From Spirochaetia bacterium (GTDB lineage: Bacteria; Spirochaetota; Spirochaetia; UBA9216), in assembly GCA_963677925.2 (NCBI GenBank), contig CAXXYH010000003.1:1216001-1280000 (forward strand): a stretch of 64,000 nt of DNA, read 5' to 3'. Shown piece by piece: positions 39,925-50,546 of this stretch. Every line of letters begins with the position of its first letter. Position 1 is the first letter of the stretch. Both the position numbers and the translations under genes were made by a program. The notes below the pieces were generated by a model that was not told the origin of the DNA, did no database searches, and worked only from the letters and a program-made list of their open reading frames with translations.

Positions 39925-39959
39925 AAAAAAAAAGAGAAGTATTCTGACACTACTTCTCT
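39925..39959 (-). terminator. Attenuator terminator in the leader of the CoA-transferase/mad operon
   Basis: Minus strand AGAGAAGUA-GUGUCAGAA-UACUUCUCU followed by a long U-run. Confidence 0.85.
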
Positions 39960-40030
39960 AATACACGCGTTAATAAAATTTCACTACAGGGACTGAACAC
40001 TAATACACACTAAATTTTTTCAGTCCTGTT
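39945..40030 (-). promoter_or_regulatory. UAG/UAGUG repeat cluster, probable HutP-binding antitermination site
   Basis: Plus-strand CACTA at 39948, 39982, 39998 and 40008; CTAATACAC at 39958 and 40000; overlaps the terminator 5' arm. Confidence 0.65.
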
Positions 40031-40046
40031 TATACACAAATAAATA

Positions 40047-40469
40047 TTATTTTAAATGCATAACCCCAAGCGCACACCGCTCATGGTTTGTTATTGGATA
40101 GAAGGCGGAATCACCGTAAATCGCAACAGCAACCCATTCCTCATTGGTAACAATGCCCACCTTAAGTTTCAGGCTGGCCTCTGCCGGAACACTGCTGATA
40201 ACACCGTTAAGCGCTTCAAGGGCAGCATGAAGAACAGCATGAACCTGCGTTCCGGTTTTTTTGATCAATCCATTCTGAAGTGAACAACCGACGATTGATT
40301 TTACAAAACTCTTCTTGATATCGGAGGTCAGACCGGTAATAAAAGTCACCGCAAGTTTTTCCTTTCCGATAGTGTTATTGACTTCGGCCTTAATCTGGCG
40401 CTCTTCTTCTTCATCAGACATAGCAGCAAGAAGTGCCATTTTTCCAATACGATCCGTATTCAACTTCAT
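40047..40469 (-). CDS. HutP-family RNA-binding antiterminator
   Basis: RIGKMALL start, HAVLHAALEALNG and WVAVAIYG...HE..LGVMHL resemble B. subtilis HutP, including the His metal ligands. Confidence 0.85.
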   Translation of the reverse strand: MKLNTDRIGKMALLAAMSDEEEERQIKAEVNNTIGKEKLAVTFITGLTSDIKKSFVKSIVGCSLQNGLIKKTGTQVHAVLHAALEALNGVISSVPAEASLKLKVGIVTNEEWVAVAIYGDSAFYPITNHERCALGVMHLK

Positions 40470-40554
40470 GTTTAGTCATACTACACTCGGAAATGCACAA
40501 TTGTCAATAAAAAAACTAAAGCTATCGGGGAATTTTTATCTATATATACAGAGA

Positions 40555-42765
40555 TCAACCATCAAAATTTCTATATTCACGGCTGAACCTGCCGGGTATT
40601 GCAATACAGAACGATGTTCCCTGCTTAGGTTTTGAATCAACAGTAATACTGCCGTCCAGGGCATCAACAATATTTTTCACAATGGCAAGACCAAGGCCCA
40701 TACCGCGGTGTATTTTTGTATAAATATTTTCAAGCTGCTGAAAGGGCTCAAAAATCAGAGGTAAGTCTTCCTTTTTAATTCCTGGTCCTTCATCTGAAAT
40801 TTTAAGGATGAGTTCATCCGCCAATTCAGTAATAGTACATATGATATCACCCTTATCAGAATATTTTATTGCGTTAGTAATAAGATTGTTAACAACCTGG
40901 GCAATACGGGTCTCATCTCCGTAAAAATATCCCGACTCATATTTTTTAAAAACTGACAGTTCAAGGTCCTTCATTTCCATAGAATCTCTGAAAATTTCGG
41001 AGGCAAGCATTGCCAGATTATCAATTCTGAAAAACTGCTTATTAATGGAAATTTTCCCGATACTGAACTGAGTGAAGTTCAGAAGATCCTCTATTATTGT
41101 CTTCAGGTTTTCAGAGGAAACGAGGGCAAGTTTATACCACTCACGTTCTTTATCGGTGAAAGAAGCTCCGGAGATCAGGGTGAGCATTCCGAAAACCCCG
41201 TTAAGAGGTGTCCGGAGTTCATGGCTGATATTTGCAAGAAAATCATTTTTTACTCTAAGAGCTGTTTCCGCCTTAATTCTTGCATGCTCCATCTGTTCGG
41301 ATATTTTTATTTTTTCAGTTACATCGTGTATGATCGCATATAGATATTCATGATTGCCTGTGCTAAGCCGTCCGCTGAATATCTCGACATGACGTGTGTC
41401 TTTCTTTGCAAGCTTTATTCTCATAGTCCTGCCGGATAATTCATCAAACTTGAAAGAACCTTCTTCAACATTCTCTTCATCGGCAAGCAGATTGTAAAGC
41501 GACAGATTTTTCAGAGCTTTTTCAGGATATCCAAGATAATCCATTGCAGCCTGATTCAAATCGATAATTCTGCTTGTAACCGGTTCGAACAGAATGATGA
41601 TTGATGTATTGTCATAAAAGAGACTTCTGTATTTCATTTCACTCTGACGAAGAGCTGACTCAGCCTTTTTCCTGATATTAATATTTATGAGTGAAAATAG
41701 AAGTAAAACTGCCATTATACTGAAAATGCTTACCGAACTTAGCACCAGAACCTTATTTTCCCTGAGAAAACTGTAAGGTCTGTTTATGATTTCAGAGTCG
41801 TTTGGCAGTTTTCTCAAACTGACTCCGAATCGCTTAAGTTCCTGAAAATCAAATATATAATGATTTTCAGCATCGCTCCGTATTGGCATTGAAGCCGAAG
41901 ATTCGCCGTTCAGGATTTTAAGGGCAGTTTCTGCGGCACTGATGGCCTGCTCATAATGACTAATCACCCTGCCTCCGAAAACACCGTCGCCAAAACCATG
42001 ATACCAGAGATGAAAGAGCGGGATTTTCAAATTCTCATAGATTATATTGAGGCTCTCATTGAAGAGCATGTTATTACCTTCACTATCAGTATAAGCAGAC
42101 AGGAGCAGTATACTTGTATCTCTTCCCAGACCGGAAAGAACCGCTGCAAATTCCTGCCATGAATAATCTTTAAGAGATATCGTTCTGAACTTATATGAAG
42201 GATACTCGCCCTGAAGCTCATTGAAAGCTCTTTCATCAGCAGTTCCGCTGGTAGTTGCATCTGAAATTGCTGCAATGGTTTCAGTTGAAGGGAAAAGAGA
42301 AATCATCAGCTCAATAGTATCCTTCATTGAGACGGCTTCAATGAACCCTGTAACCAGCGGATCATCATTATAACTCAGCGCCTGAGCGATATCATTAACC
42401 CCGAAAAACACTATCGGAACATCTTCAAAAAACTCATCCCGCATACTCATGCAGAAAGCAAGCGCATTATCATCAGCGGTGATTACCAAATCATATTTTG
42501 GAACATGCTGAAACTTATAGGTAATAAAATCTTTCCTGAGATTGATGACCTGTCCTGTATTAAAACGCTTTGAATCCAGGAATTCCATATCCAGAAGTAC
42601 ATGCTGCTTATCCAGTACAGAACGCAATCCGTCAATCTGATGATTGAAGGTTGGAAATGAGGGATTATATGAACTAATAAATAGGATTCTTTTAAAATGA
42701 TCATGAGCAGAGGCCGGCAGACATAACGTCAGCATAATCAGAATCAGGACACACTTCTTAAGCAT
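40555..42765 (-). CDS. Sensor histidine kinase (periplasmic ABC-binding-like domain, PAS)
   Basis: ISHELRTPLN, NLITNAIKY, DEGPG and GLGL boxes; start uncertain. Confidence 0.92.
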   Translation of the reverse strand: MLKKCVLILIMLTLCLPASAHDHFKRILFISSYNPSFPTFNHQIDGLRSVLDKQHVLLDMEFLDSKRFNTGQVINLRKDFITYKFQHVPKYDLVITADDNALAFCMSMRDEFFEDVPIVFFGVNDIAQALSYNDDPLVTGFIEAVSMKDTIELMISLFPSTETIAAISDATTSGTADERAFNELQGEYPSYKFRTISLKDYSWQEFAAVLSGLGRDTSILLLSAYTDSEGNNMLFNESLNIIYENLKIPLFHLWYHGFGDGVFGGRVISHYEQAISAAETALKILNGESSASMPIRSDAENHYIFDFQELKRFGVSLRKLPNDSEIINRPYSFLRENKVLVLSSVSIFSIMAVLLLFSLININIRKKAESALRQSEMKYRSLFYDNTSIIILFEPVTSRIIDLNQAAMDYLGYPEKALKNLSLYNLLADEENVEEGSFKFDELSGRTMRIKLAKKDTRHVEIFSGRLSTGNHEYLYAIIHDVTEKIKISEQMEHARIKAETALRVKNDFLANISHELRTPLNGVFGMLTLISGASFTDKEREWYKLALVSSENLKTIIEDLLNFTQFSIGKISINKQFFRIDNLAMLASEIFRDSMEMKDLELSVFKKYESGYFYGDETRIAQVVNNLITNAIKYSDKGDIICTITELADELILKISDEGPGIKKEDLPLIFEPFQQLENIYTKIHRGMGLGLAIVKNIVDALDGSITVDSKPKQGTSFCIAIPGRFSREYRNFDG

Positions 42766-42863
42766 ATTTAAATTATATGAAAGATGAAAGCGCAATGCAA
42801 TTATTATTTCATTTCTTCCGGCGACCCTTGAATTCCATTAAAAATAATCTGGTTTAAATTAAT

Positions 42864-44339
42864 ATGCCCGGAGACTATTTTTCTAATGATCCAGTTCAGC
42901 GAACTGCCGCGGAGAGTTTCGATCTGAAATTTCTTTATCCGTATCAAAGGCTTGTAATTGCAAACATTCTTGAAACCGCAGGCTTTTATGGAGCTGAGAA
43001 GAATAATGAAGAAAATGAGAAGACAGATTATCGCTCCAGGCAGATAGTAATTCTCCCGACCGGTGCAGGTAAAAGTCTCTGTTTCATGCTTCCCTCTCTC
43101 CTGCTGTCAGGCCCCACACTTATAATCTTCCCTCTTCTATCACTTATAGCCGATCAAAAACGCCGCTGTGATGATGCCGGAATCAGTTCCGCAGCCCTCA
43201 CCGGAGGACAAAGCAGGAAGGAAAGGGATGAAATATTCAGAAGTATTGTAAACGGCAGCCTGCGTATAATACTGTCTAATCCGGAAACAGCTCTATCTCC
43301 GCCGGTATTCAGGCGTTTGTCGGAGGCCGGAATATCTCATTTGGTTTTTGATGAGGTGCATACGGTATCTGAGTGGGGAGACAGTTTCCGCCCCGTATAC
43401 CTGGAGTGCCGGAAGCTGATCGCTGAAATGAATATTCCTGTGGTAACAGCATTCACCGCTACGGCATCTGAAACCGTGTTGTCCAGGATTATCGAGATAC
43501 TTTTTCCAGGCGAATCACCTCATATAATTTCAGCAAATCCTGACCGTCCTAATATTTCATACAGCGTTCATCCCTGCCTGTCTAAAATCCATGAACTTGA
43601 AATACAGATAAAAACAGCCTGCAGACCTATCCTGGTCTTCTGCGGAAAGAGAAAGACTGCAGAAAGAACAGCTGTGCTTCTGAGGCTGCGGCTCCGTGAA
43701 AAGCAGGTATTCTTCTACCACGCAGGCCTTACTAAAGCGGAAAAAAAGAAGATTGAAAACTGGTACTTCAATTCCGCCGACGGGATTCTGCTGGCAACGA
43801 CTGCATACGGAATGGGTGTTGATAAGCCGAATATTCGAACTGTAATACACTATGATCTTTCACCATCTGTTGAGGCATATCTGCAGGAATCCGGACGTGC
43901 GGGACGTGATCGTGAACCCGCTGCAGCAATCCTGCTTTTGAAAAAAACAGATTATCTGCGCCATACCGTCATTTCACGCGATTCTTTACCGGAAAGGTTT
44001 CAAAAGCTGCTGGGATTTGCACTTAACACCGCCAAATGCAGGCGTGAATCACTGATGGAGCTGCTCGGAGCGGAACCTGAAGCCTGTTTCGGATGTGATG
44101 TTTGCAGCGGCAGCGCTGTTACGGCCGATAAATGGGAACAGAGAATTATCAGTTTTATAAGAAGAAATCCATTGTGCTATACACCTGCAGGTGCCGCAGA
44201 AAAGCTCAACAGCCTTTCGAATGAAATTGAGAAGGATGATGCGGAGGAGATGATAGAAGACCTGCTGCTAACAGGAAAACTTTCTTTATCAAAGAAAGGG
44301 TTTCTTAAAAAAAAGAGAAGGACCGAAGCCCTTCTCTAA
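42864..44339 (+). CDS. recQ: RecQ family ATP-dependent DNA helicase (short form, no HRDC)
   Basis: PTGAGKS, DEVH, TATA, QESGRAGRD and Zn-binding CRR..C..CD.C. Confidence 0.9.
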   Translation: MPGDYFSNDPVQRTAAESFDLKFLYPYQRLVIANILETAGFYGAEKNNEENEKTDYRSRQIVILPTGAGKSLCFMLPSLLLSGPTLIIFPLLSLIADQKRRCDDAGISSAALTGGQSRKERDEIFRSIVNGSLRIILSNPETALSPPVFRRLSEAGISHLVFDEVHTVSEWGDSFRPVYLECRKLIAEMNIPVVTAFTATASETVLSRIIEILFPGESPHIISANPDRPNISYSVHPCLSKIHELEIQIKTACRPILVFCGKRKTAERTAVLLRLRLREKQVFFYHAGLTKAEKKKIENWYFNSADGILLATTAYGMGVDKPNIRTVIHYDLSPSVEAYLQESGRAGRDREPAAAILLLKKTDYLRHTVISRDSLPERFQKLLGFALNTAKCRRESLMELLGAEPEACFGCDVCSGSAVTADKWEQRIISFIRRNPLCYTPAGAAEKLNSLSNEIEKDDAEEMIEDLLLTGKLSLSKKGFLKKKRRTEALL

Positions 44340-44366
44340 TTTCATGTTCAATTTAACTGTTCAATA

Positions 44367-44975
44367 CTAGAGCCCTGCAAGATAAAGTTCATTTACCCTC
44401 TTCCAGTTGATTACATTGAAAAAATTCTCAATATATTCCGGGCGCCTGTTCTGATATTTAAGATAATAGGCATGCTCCCAGACATCCAGTCCAAGAACAG
44501 GAGTCAGTCCTTCGGAGAGCGGGCTGTCCTGGTTGGCAGTGCTGATTACACCTACCTTGCCGCTGTTTTCCGAAACAAGCCAGGCCCAGCCGCTCCCGAA
44601 TCTTGAGGCGGCAGCATTGGAAAAAGCCGAAACAAAATCGGAAAAACCGCCGATATCTCTTTGAATAGCATCGGCAACTGCACCTTCCGGCATCCCTCCA
44701 GCTGACGGTGACATAATCTCCCAGAACAGACTGTGATTATAATGTCCTCCCCCGTTATTCTGCACTGCTGTTCTAATATCAGATGGAAGCTGATCAAGCT
44801 CCTTCAGAAGTTTATCAACAGGCCAGCTGCTGTATTCTGTTCCATCAACTGCAGCATTAAGTTTTGAAGTGTAACCAGTATGATGTTTATCATGGTGAAT
44901 CTGCATTGTAGCCTTATCAATATAGGGCTCAAGTGCATCGTATGCATATGGTAAATCTGGTGTTGTAAAAGACAT
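44367..44975 (-). CDS. sodA: Mn/Fe superoxide dismutase (Mn-type signature)
   Basis: [18 protein letters not shown] and DVWEHAYY. Confidence 0.93.
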   Translation of the reverse strand: MSFTTPDLPYAYDALEPYIDKATMQIHHDKHHTGYTSKLNAAVDGTEYSSWPVDKLLKELDQLPSDIRTAVQNNGGGHYNHSLFWEIMSPSAGGMPEGAVADAIQRDIGGFSDFVSAFSNAAASRFGSGWAWLVSENSGKVGVISTANQDSPLSEGLTPVLGLDVWEHAYYLKYQNRRPEYIENFFNVINWKRVNELYLAGL

Positions 44976-45107
44976 TTATGTCCTCCTTACTTTTTATTAT
45001 TACTAATTTACTCATATATCATAATAAAGTAAAATTTTCCCGGCATTAACCATACTTTATGTATACAGACTGTTCATAATAGTTTTAACAGGGTATTATC
45101 ATGACTA

Positions 45108-45875
45108 ATGGAAATAACTGTACTTGGGTCAGGCACGTCCTGCGGTGTTCCAACCATCAACTGCAGCTGTGATGTCTGCAGTTCCAAAGATCCCCATGAC
45201 AACAGAACCAGAGCTTCAATCTGGATACAGTCAGAGGAACTCTCAATTATCATTGATACTTCAACAGACCTCAGATTCCAGGCATTGCGGGAAAAAATTA
45301 CTGCCCTTGACTGCATTCTTATTACACATGGACATGCTGATCATATTCACGGAATGGATGATATACGCCCATTCTCTTCAAAAAGACCGATTCCGGTATA
45401 TGGAAATGAAATTACCATAAAAGAGGTTGAAGAACGTTTCAGCTATATATTCAAACTTACCCAAAGAGGCGGCGGAAAGCCCAGAATAAAGCTGAATGAA
45501 ATTAAGCCGGAAGAATATAACCTGGGCTTTAAAGTCGGTTCATTAAGAATTCTTCCAGTCCCGATGCTGCATGGTAACCTGGAGACTACCGGATACCGAA
45601 TAGGTGATTTTGCCTATCTCTCAGACTGCAGCAGTATTCCCGAAGCCAGCTTCAAAAAACTTGAGGGCGTAAAATATCTGATTATTGACGGACTCAGGTA
45701 TCGTGAACATCCGACACATTTTACCATTCCCGAAGCCATGGAAGCTGCGAAAAGGATCGGTGCAGAGAAAACCTGGTTTACCCATCTTTGCCATGATTTC
45801 AGTCATAAACAGTTAAAGCAGAAGCTGCCTGACGGCTTTGCTCCTGCTTTTGACGGGTTAAAAATATATATATGA
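45108..45875 (+). CDS. MBL-fold metallohydrolase (PhnP-like)
   Basis: LGSGTSCGVP..C.C..C and THGHADH. Confidence 0.9.
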   Translation: MEITVLGSGTSCGVPTINCSCDVCSSKDPHDNRTRASIWIQSEELSIIIDTSTDLRFQALREKITALDCILITHGHADHIHGMDDIRPFSSKRPIPVYGNEITIKEVEERFSYIFKLTQRGGGKPRIKLNEIKPEEYNLGFKVGSLRILPVPMLHGNLETTGYRIGDFAYLSDCSSIPEASFKKLEGVKYLIIDGLRYREHPTHFTIPEAMEAAKRIGAEKTWFTHLCHDFSHKQLKQKLPDGFAPAFDGLKIYI

Positions 45876-45892
45876 TTAATAGATATGCTGGA

Positions 45893-46084
45893 TTAGACTG
45901 CTTTCTGAACTTTACCGGATCTGAGGCAACTTGTACAAATTTTTACTTTCTGCTTTTTGCCGCCGATCAGGGCCTGGATCTTAACCAGATTAGGTTTCCA
46001 GACTCTTCTGGTTTTGTTATGTGCATGGCTGACATTATTGCCGCTTACAGTTCCTTTTCCACATATATCACATTTACGGGCCAT
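45893..46084 (-). CDS. rpmB: 50S ribosomal protein L28 (Zn-binding form)
   Basis: [32 protein letters not shown]. Confidence 0.97.
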   Translation of the reverse strand: MARKCDICGKGTVSGNNVSHAHNKTRRVWKPNLVKIQALIGGKKQKVKICTSCLRSGKVQKAV

Positions 46085-46152
46085 TATATTCCTACCTTTG
46101 CTTGTATACTGGGTCTGTAATCTACCAGAATTTCAATTTTATGTAAAGGCAT

Positions 46153-46785
46153 ATGAACAATAGAATAGAAAAGATTTACCAAATACTGAACAGGCTTGCA
46201 CCGGAACAAATCGTTTTCCTGCAAGCAGATACTACCTATAAATTGCTTATAGGCGTCATCCTCTCGGCACAGACTACCGATAATCAGGTAAACATAGTGC
46301 TTCCGGAGCTCTTCAGACACTACCCTACTCCCGAGGCCCTGGGAAGAGCTTTCAGACCGGATGTCGAAGAAATTATACGGTCTACCGGTTTTTACTCTGT
46401 AAAAGCCGCCAATATCATCGCAACCGGTAAAATGCTGGCTGAAGAGTTCGGCTCGGAAGTTCCTGGTAAAATGGAAGAACTTTTGAAACTTCCTGGAGTT
46501 GGAAGAAAAACAGCAAATGTTATACTGGGAGCCTGCTTTGACAAACCGGCAATTATTGTTGATACACATTTTTCAAGAACTGTAAGGCGGCTTGGATTCA
46601 CAGATGAAAAAACTCCTGAAAAGATTGAATCGGATCTCAGGGGAAAAATTGATCCTGAAATACAATACCGTTTTTCTATGCTGTTTAATAAATTAGGAAG
46701 AGATTTCTGTAAATCAAGAAAACCCGAATGTATGAACTGTCCGATTAATGAATACTGTGATTCAGCAGATAAAACTGCATTCTGA
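46153..46785 (+). CDS. nth: Endonuclease III
   Basis: LSAQTTD, LPGVGRKTANV, VDTH and CX6CX2CX5C. Confidence 0.93.
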   Translation: MNNRIEKIYQILNRLAPEQIVFLQADTTYKLLIGVILSAQTTDNQVNIVLPELFRHYPTPEALGRAFRPDVEEIIRSTGFYSVKAANIIATGKMLAEEFGSEVPGKMEELLKLPGVGRKTANVILGACFDKPAIIVDTHFSRTVRRLGFTDEKTPEKIESDLRGKIDPEIQYRFSMLFNKLGRDFCKSRKPECMNCPINEYCDSADKTAF

Positions 46786-46789
46786 TTTT

Positions 46790-47233
46790 TCAGCTGTTGA
46801 TATTTTTTTCCCAGTTTGCCCGGGATACAGGCTCGCCCTTATCAAGGATACCTGTTATATAGGTACTGCAGTTTTTAAACCGTTCCGCGGTTTCTGAATC
46901 GATGACATGCTCAATATTACAGGCCTGCTCAACGGCTCTGGAATGCGGAAGCAGCAGAATCTTTTCAAGAAACTCTACAAGAACTGAATGTTTGTTAAAG
47001 ATATCTTCAGCAGCTGTCTTTCCTTCATCAGTCAGGCTGATAAAAGAGTTTTTTTCGTAATTTACCAGCCCCTTCTCACGAAGGTTTTTCAATGCCCCAG
47101 TTACCGAAGGCATTTGCACATTTAAATGGGCTGCAATGTCTCTTACCCGGGCTACACGATGCCGGTTTTCAAGGATAAGTATCGCTTCGAGATAATCTTC
47201 AAGACTTGGTGAAAGAGATTTACATTCAGCCAT
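46790..47233 (-). CDS. DtxR/MntR family metal-dependent regulator
   Basis: SLEDYLEAI, PSVT and ACNIEH. Confidence 0.9.
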   Translation of the reverse strand: MAECKSLSPSLEDYLEAILILENRHRVARVRDIAAHLNVQMPSVTGALKNLREKGLVNYEKNSFISLTDEGKTAAEDIFNKHSVLVEFLEKILLLPHSRAVEQACNIEHVIDSETAERFKNCSTYITGILDKGEPVSRANWEKNINS

Positions 47234-47277
47234 AATGATAATAATATATAGGATAAAAGAGAGAGAATAAAGTCTTT

Positions 47278-48927
47278 ATGAAAGGAATATCTGAAAAAAC
47301 CAGTAAAAAGCTTAATGAACTGCGGCAAGGTTACTTTTCTAAGCTGCCCCGAAGATTCAACGAGATAAAAACACTGTCTTCCCAGGCTGTTGCAGCCCAG
47401 TCGGATTACGAAGTAATGGCCGGCCTGAAAATGGCGCTTCACAAGATTGCAGGTTCTGCAGCGACCTTCGGTATCAATCGACTGACCGAAACAGCAGGTA
47501 AATTTGAAATACTGATAGAAACAATTATCGGTTCAAGCGCCAATATTGACCAGGCTGCGACAAAACTGATTCATCAGTATCTGCTGGAAATGAGGGAAAT
47601 CTGTGCTGATCCTGAAAAATACTCTGAAAATACCGGACTGGATGAGGACGGAGATAACACAGGAAGCGGAACAGAAAAAAAGATAGTCTTTGTACTTGGA
47701 GAGAAAGACTCTGTTGCAAAGGATCTTTCTGAACAGCTCGGCTACTTCGGTTACCATGTAGAGATACTGAAGAGCTTCTCGGCTCTCAAGGAACATATGG
47801 AAGCGGCTGACAATGAACTTCTTATTCTTAACTCTTCGATAATAGAAAACAATCCGAAAACTGCAGATGTTGTTAAAAATATAAAATACGATTACAAACG
47901 CCAGCTTGGAATTATCTTTTTCTCCTATAAAGATAATTTTGACATCCGGCTTGACTGTGTAAAAGCCGGAGGCGATGATTTCTTTACGGTTCCGCTGGAT
48001 GTCAGCAGGCTGATAGACAGGGTTGATTCACTTACAAAGGATGAAAACACCAACCCCTTTCATATTCTGATAATCGATGACGATCCCGAACAGGTATCCT
48101 ACTATGCACTTCTGCTGCAGCAGGCCGGAATGATTACTTCAGTTGCATCAGATCCTAGAAAAGTTCTGGACATTATGGCGGAATCAAAGCCTGATCTTAT
48201 TCTAATGGATATGTATATGCCCGGATGCGACGGTCCGGAGCTTGCCTCAATAATCAGGCAGCAGGAAGCATTTCTCAGTATCCCTATTGTGTATCTCAGC
48301 TATGAATCCAATAAAGAGATACAGCTTGAAGCAATGAGAACCGGAGGCGACGACTTCCTCACAAAACCAATAAAGGCTCATCATCTTATAACCTCGGTTA
48401 TGGCAAAAGCCGAAAGAACCAGAAGCCTTCGATATTTCATGGAGCGCGATTCACTTACCGGTCTGTTAAACCACACAAATACAAAAGAATCGCTTGCTAA
48501 TGAAGTGTTAAGGGCTGAACGTTCCGAGGGAAATATGTGTTTTGCGATGATTGATATTGATCATTTTAAAAAGGTCAACGATGAGCATGGACATATGACC
48601 GGAGACAGAGTCCTCAAAAGTCTTTCACGGCTGCTTCAGGATCGACTGCGCAGAACTGATATTATCGGACGCTACGGGGGTGAAGAATTTGCTGTAATTC
48701 TGATAAACACCGATATAACTAATGCCTCACGTATAATGGATAAGATAAGGCAGAACTTCAGTCAGATACGGCAAATTTCAGCCGAAGGTGATTTCTATGT
48801 AACTTTCAGCTGCGGAATTGCCTCATTCCCGTCCTACCGCGGGGCTTCGGAGCTAAATAGCGCGGCGGACCAGGCCTTATACAAGGCGAAGGATAAAGGA
48901 CGTAACCAAATAGTTACCGCCGGCTGA
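47278..48927 (+). CDS. Hpt-REC-REC-GGDEF diguanylate cyclase
   Basis: HKIAGSAATFG Hpt; REC domains; RYGGEEF with RxxD. Confidence 0.92.
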   Translation: MKGISEKTSKKLNELRQGYFSKLPRRFNEIKTLSSQAVAAQSDYEVMAGLKMALHKIAGSAATFGINRLTETAGKFEILIETIIGSSANIDQAATKLIHQYLLEMREICADPEKYSENTGLDEDGDNTGSGTEKKIVFVLGEKDSVAKDLSEQLGYFGYHVEILKSFSALKEHMEAADNELLILNSSIIENNPKTADVVKNIKYDYKRQLGIIFFSYKDNFDIRLDCVKAGGDDFFTVPLDVSRLIDRVDSLTKDENTNPFHILIIDDDPEQVSYYALLLQQAGMITSVASDPRKVLDIMAESKPDLILMDMYMPGCDGPELASIIRQQEAFLSIPIVYLSYESNKEIQLEAMRTGGDDFLTKPIKAHHLITSVMAKAERTRSLRYFMERDSLTGLLNHTNTKESLANEVLRAERSEGNMCFAMIDIDHFKKVNDEHGHMTGDRVLKSLSRLLQDRLRRTDIIGRYGGEEFAVILINTDITNASRIMDKIRQNFSQIRQISAEGDFYVTFSCGIASFPSYRGASELNSAADQALYKAKDKGRNQIVTAG

Positions 48928-49483
48928 CGGACTTGATGTAACGCTCATCAAGATATTCAACAACTACATCTTCCCACCATTTAGACGTATCAACAGTCAG
49001 CTTTAAAATGGACAAGCGGCAGCTTTTCCATTTTTTAATATTATCAGGAAGAGCCTCGATACGGGCTTTCAGGATCGGCAGCACACTTCCCGCACCGCTC
49101 TCATTCAAATCAGCCATATAGAGTCCTTCGCAGGAGCCTAAAACAGAATTATCAGGATTACCATCTGCAATCTGAGCAGCAATCCCCGAGAAAAAGCCGT
49201 AATCGTTCTCCCAGCCAATCGACAGCCGATTCTGCTTCTCATTAATTTGATTAAAAACAATACCGGATGAAGGAAAGCCTGAGATTTCAAGTTTTCCCAA
49301 ATTTACTGCGGTGTCAGCTGGTGCTACAGGAACCATCGGAGTTAGCGCCCAGGCAGAAATAACACCCGTGGTATAGAAGAGCTCTTTCTTTAAGCGCAGA
49401 ATTTCCATCTCGATATGATTCTGAGGTACTGCTGCAAGTAAAAATAATTCTTTTTTCATAATTCTGTATTTGCTATGAATCAT
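48914..49483 (-). CDS. Hypothetical protein
   Basis: Long ORF filling the gap; no motif recognised. Confidence 0.6.
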   Translation of the reverse strand: MIHSKYRIMKKELFLLAAVPQNHIEMEILRLKKELFYTTGVISAWALTPMVPVAPADTAVNLGKLEISGFPSSGIVFNQINEKQNRLSIGWENDYGFFSGIAAQIADGNPDNSVLGSCEGLYMADLNESGAGSVLPILKARIEALPDNIKKWKSCRLSILKLTVDTSKWWEDVVVEYLDERYIKSVSRR

Positions 49484-49509
49484 ACCCTGTTTATGTTAGA
49501 ATATACAAT

Positions 49510-50283
49510 ATGAGACAAAGAGTTCAGAAAATTTCAGCTACCCTTTCCGAGCGTCTATCCGGATGGAAAGAAGTAGACTCAATAACCGCAATGAAGGCTG
49601 CCGATGAAGATCTTACAAGTCCGTATTTTTTCATCAGCCTTGATGTTTATTACAGGGGTGATATTCCACCAGCCGAAACAAGGCAGAAGCTTTTTTCTGA
49701 TGCGGGCGCATTTGAATCTTCCAGCCACGGAAAGAAGGACCGCTTTTTCATGGACGAAATTCCGGTGCGAATAGAATTCAAGGACATGGAACGAATAAAC
49801 CATATACTGAATATTAATCCTGACAATTTCTGGACCTTCAGAGCCACCGGAACTTATATGTTTTACCGCATCATGAACGGACGGGTACTCTTTCAGAAAA
49901 GTCCCTGGCTTAACCAGGTAAGGGAAAAACTGGCGGAGATTCCCGAGCATTTCTGGACACTACTGATCAACTCATGCCTGACAACAATGGAACACTATCT
50001 TGTGGATGTGAAGTCATCGGCAGTACTTGGAGATCAGCTGTTTTATACACTGTCGCTTAGCGGCTTTCTTAAGAGTTTTATAAGCCTGATGTTTGCCATC
50101 AATCATACCTTTGAACCTTCATCAAGGAATCTGAAGTCTCAGATGGACTCGCTTTCACTCACCCCCGAGCATTTTAAGAGCCGGTTCGGCATCCTGTTTT
50201 CAGACCAGGAAGAGATGTCCCCGGAACGTAAAGCCGAGATTTGCGAACTTCTGGCAAGAAGCGTAATTCCCTTTATAAAATAG
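49510..50283 (+). CDS. DUF4037/nucleotidyltransferase-like protein
   Basis: Architecture and C-terminal LMFAINHTFEP resemble DUF4037 proteins. Confidence 0.6.
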   Translation: MRQRVQKISATLSERLSGWKEVDSITAMKAADEDLTSPYFFISLDVYYRGDIPPAETRQKLFSDAGAFESSSHGKKDRFFMDEIPVRIEFKDMERINHILNINPDNFWTFRATGTYMFYRIMNGRVLFQKSPWLNQVREKLAEIPEHFWTLLINSCLTTMEHYLVDVKSSAVLGDQLFYTLSLSGFLKSFISLMFAINHTFEPSSRNLKSQMDSLSLTPEHFKSRFGILFSDQEEMSPERKAEICELLARSVIPFIK

Positions 50284-50326
50284 ACTTATGAGCTGATTAT
50301 TAGATTAAAATATTGCCGCTTAAGAC

Positions 50327-50355
50327 TTGACTCATGTCTGCAAAATTCTTATACT
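50327..50355 (+). promoter_or_regulatory. sigma70 promoter of the tRNA pair
   Basis: TTGACT-17bp-TATACT. Confidence 0.75.
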
Positions 50356-50375
50356 TTGCAGACTTCATGAGAAAC

Positions 50376-50448
50376 CGGGATGTAGCCTAGTGGCTAAGGC
50401 GCCTGCTTTGGGAGCAGGAGATCGCGAGTTCGAGTCCCGCCATCCCGA
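50376..50448 (+). tRNA. tRNA-Pro (TGG)
   Basis: Acceptor CGGGATG/CATCCCG; anticodon arm CCTGC-TTTGGGA-GCAGG; GTTCGAGTC. Confidence 0.95.
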
Positions 50449-50468
50449 TAGCGGAAATATCTGCACGA

Positions 50469-50542
50469 GCGTCCATAGCTCAGCTGGATAGAGCAACGGC
50501 CTTCTAAGCCGTAGGTCAGAGGTTCGAATCCTCTTGGACGTA
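50469..50542 (+). tRNA. tRNA-Arg (TCT)
   Basis: Acceptor GCGTCCA/TGGACGT; anticodon arm ACGGC-CTTCTAA-GCCGT; GGTTCGAATCC. Confidence 0.96.
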
Positions 50543-50546
50543 AATG

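Noticed and set aside
39907-39937. Alternative hairpin pairing the terminator U-tract with a downstream A-run, as a classic antiterminator
   Set aside because: Its second arm is transcribed after the termination point, so it cannot pre-empt termination
50424-50440. A-C mismatch in the T-stem of tRNA-Pro(TGG)
   Set aside because: A single mismatch in an otherwise canonical tRNA with a good promoter; not evidence of a pseudogene
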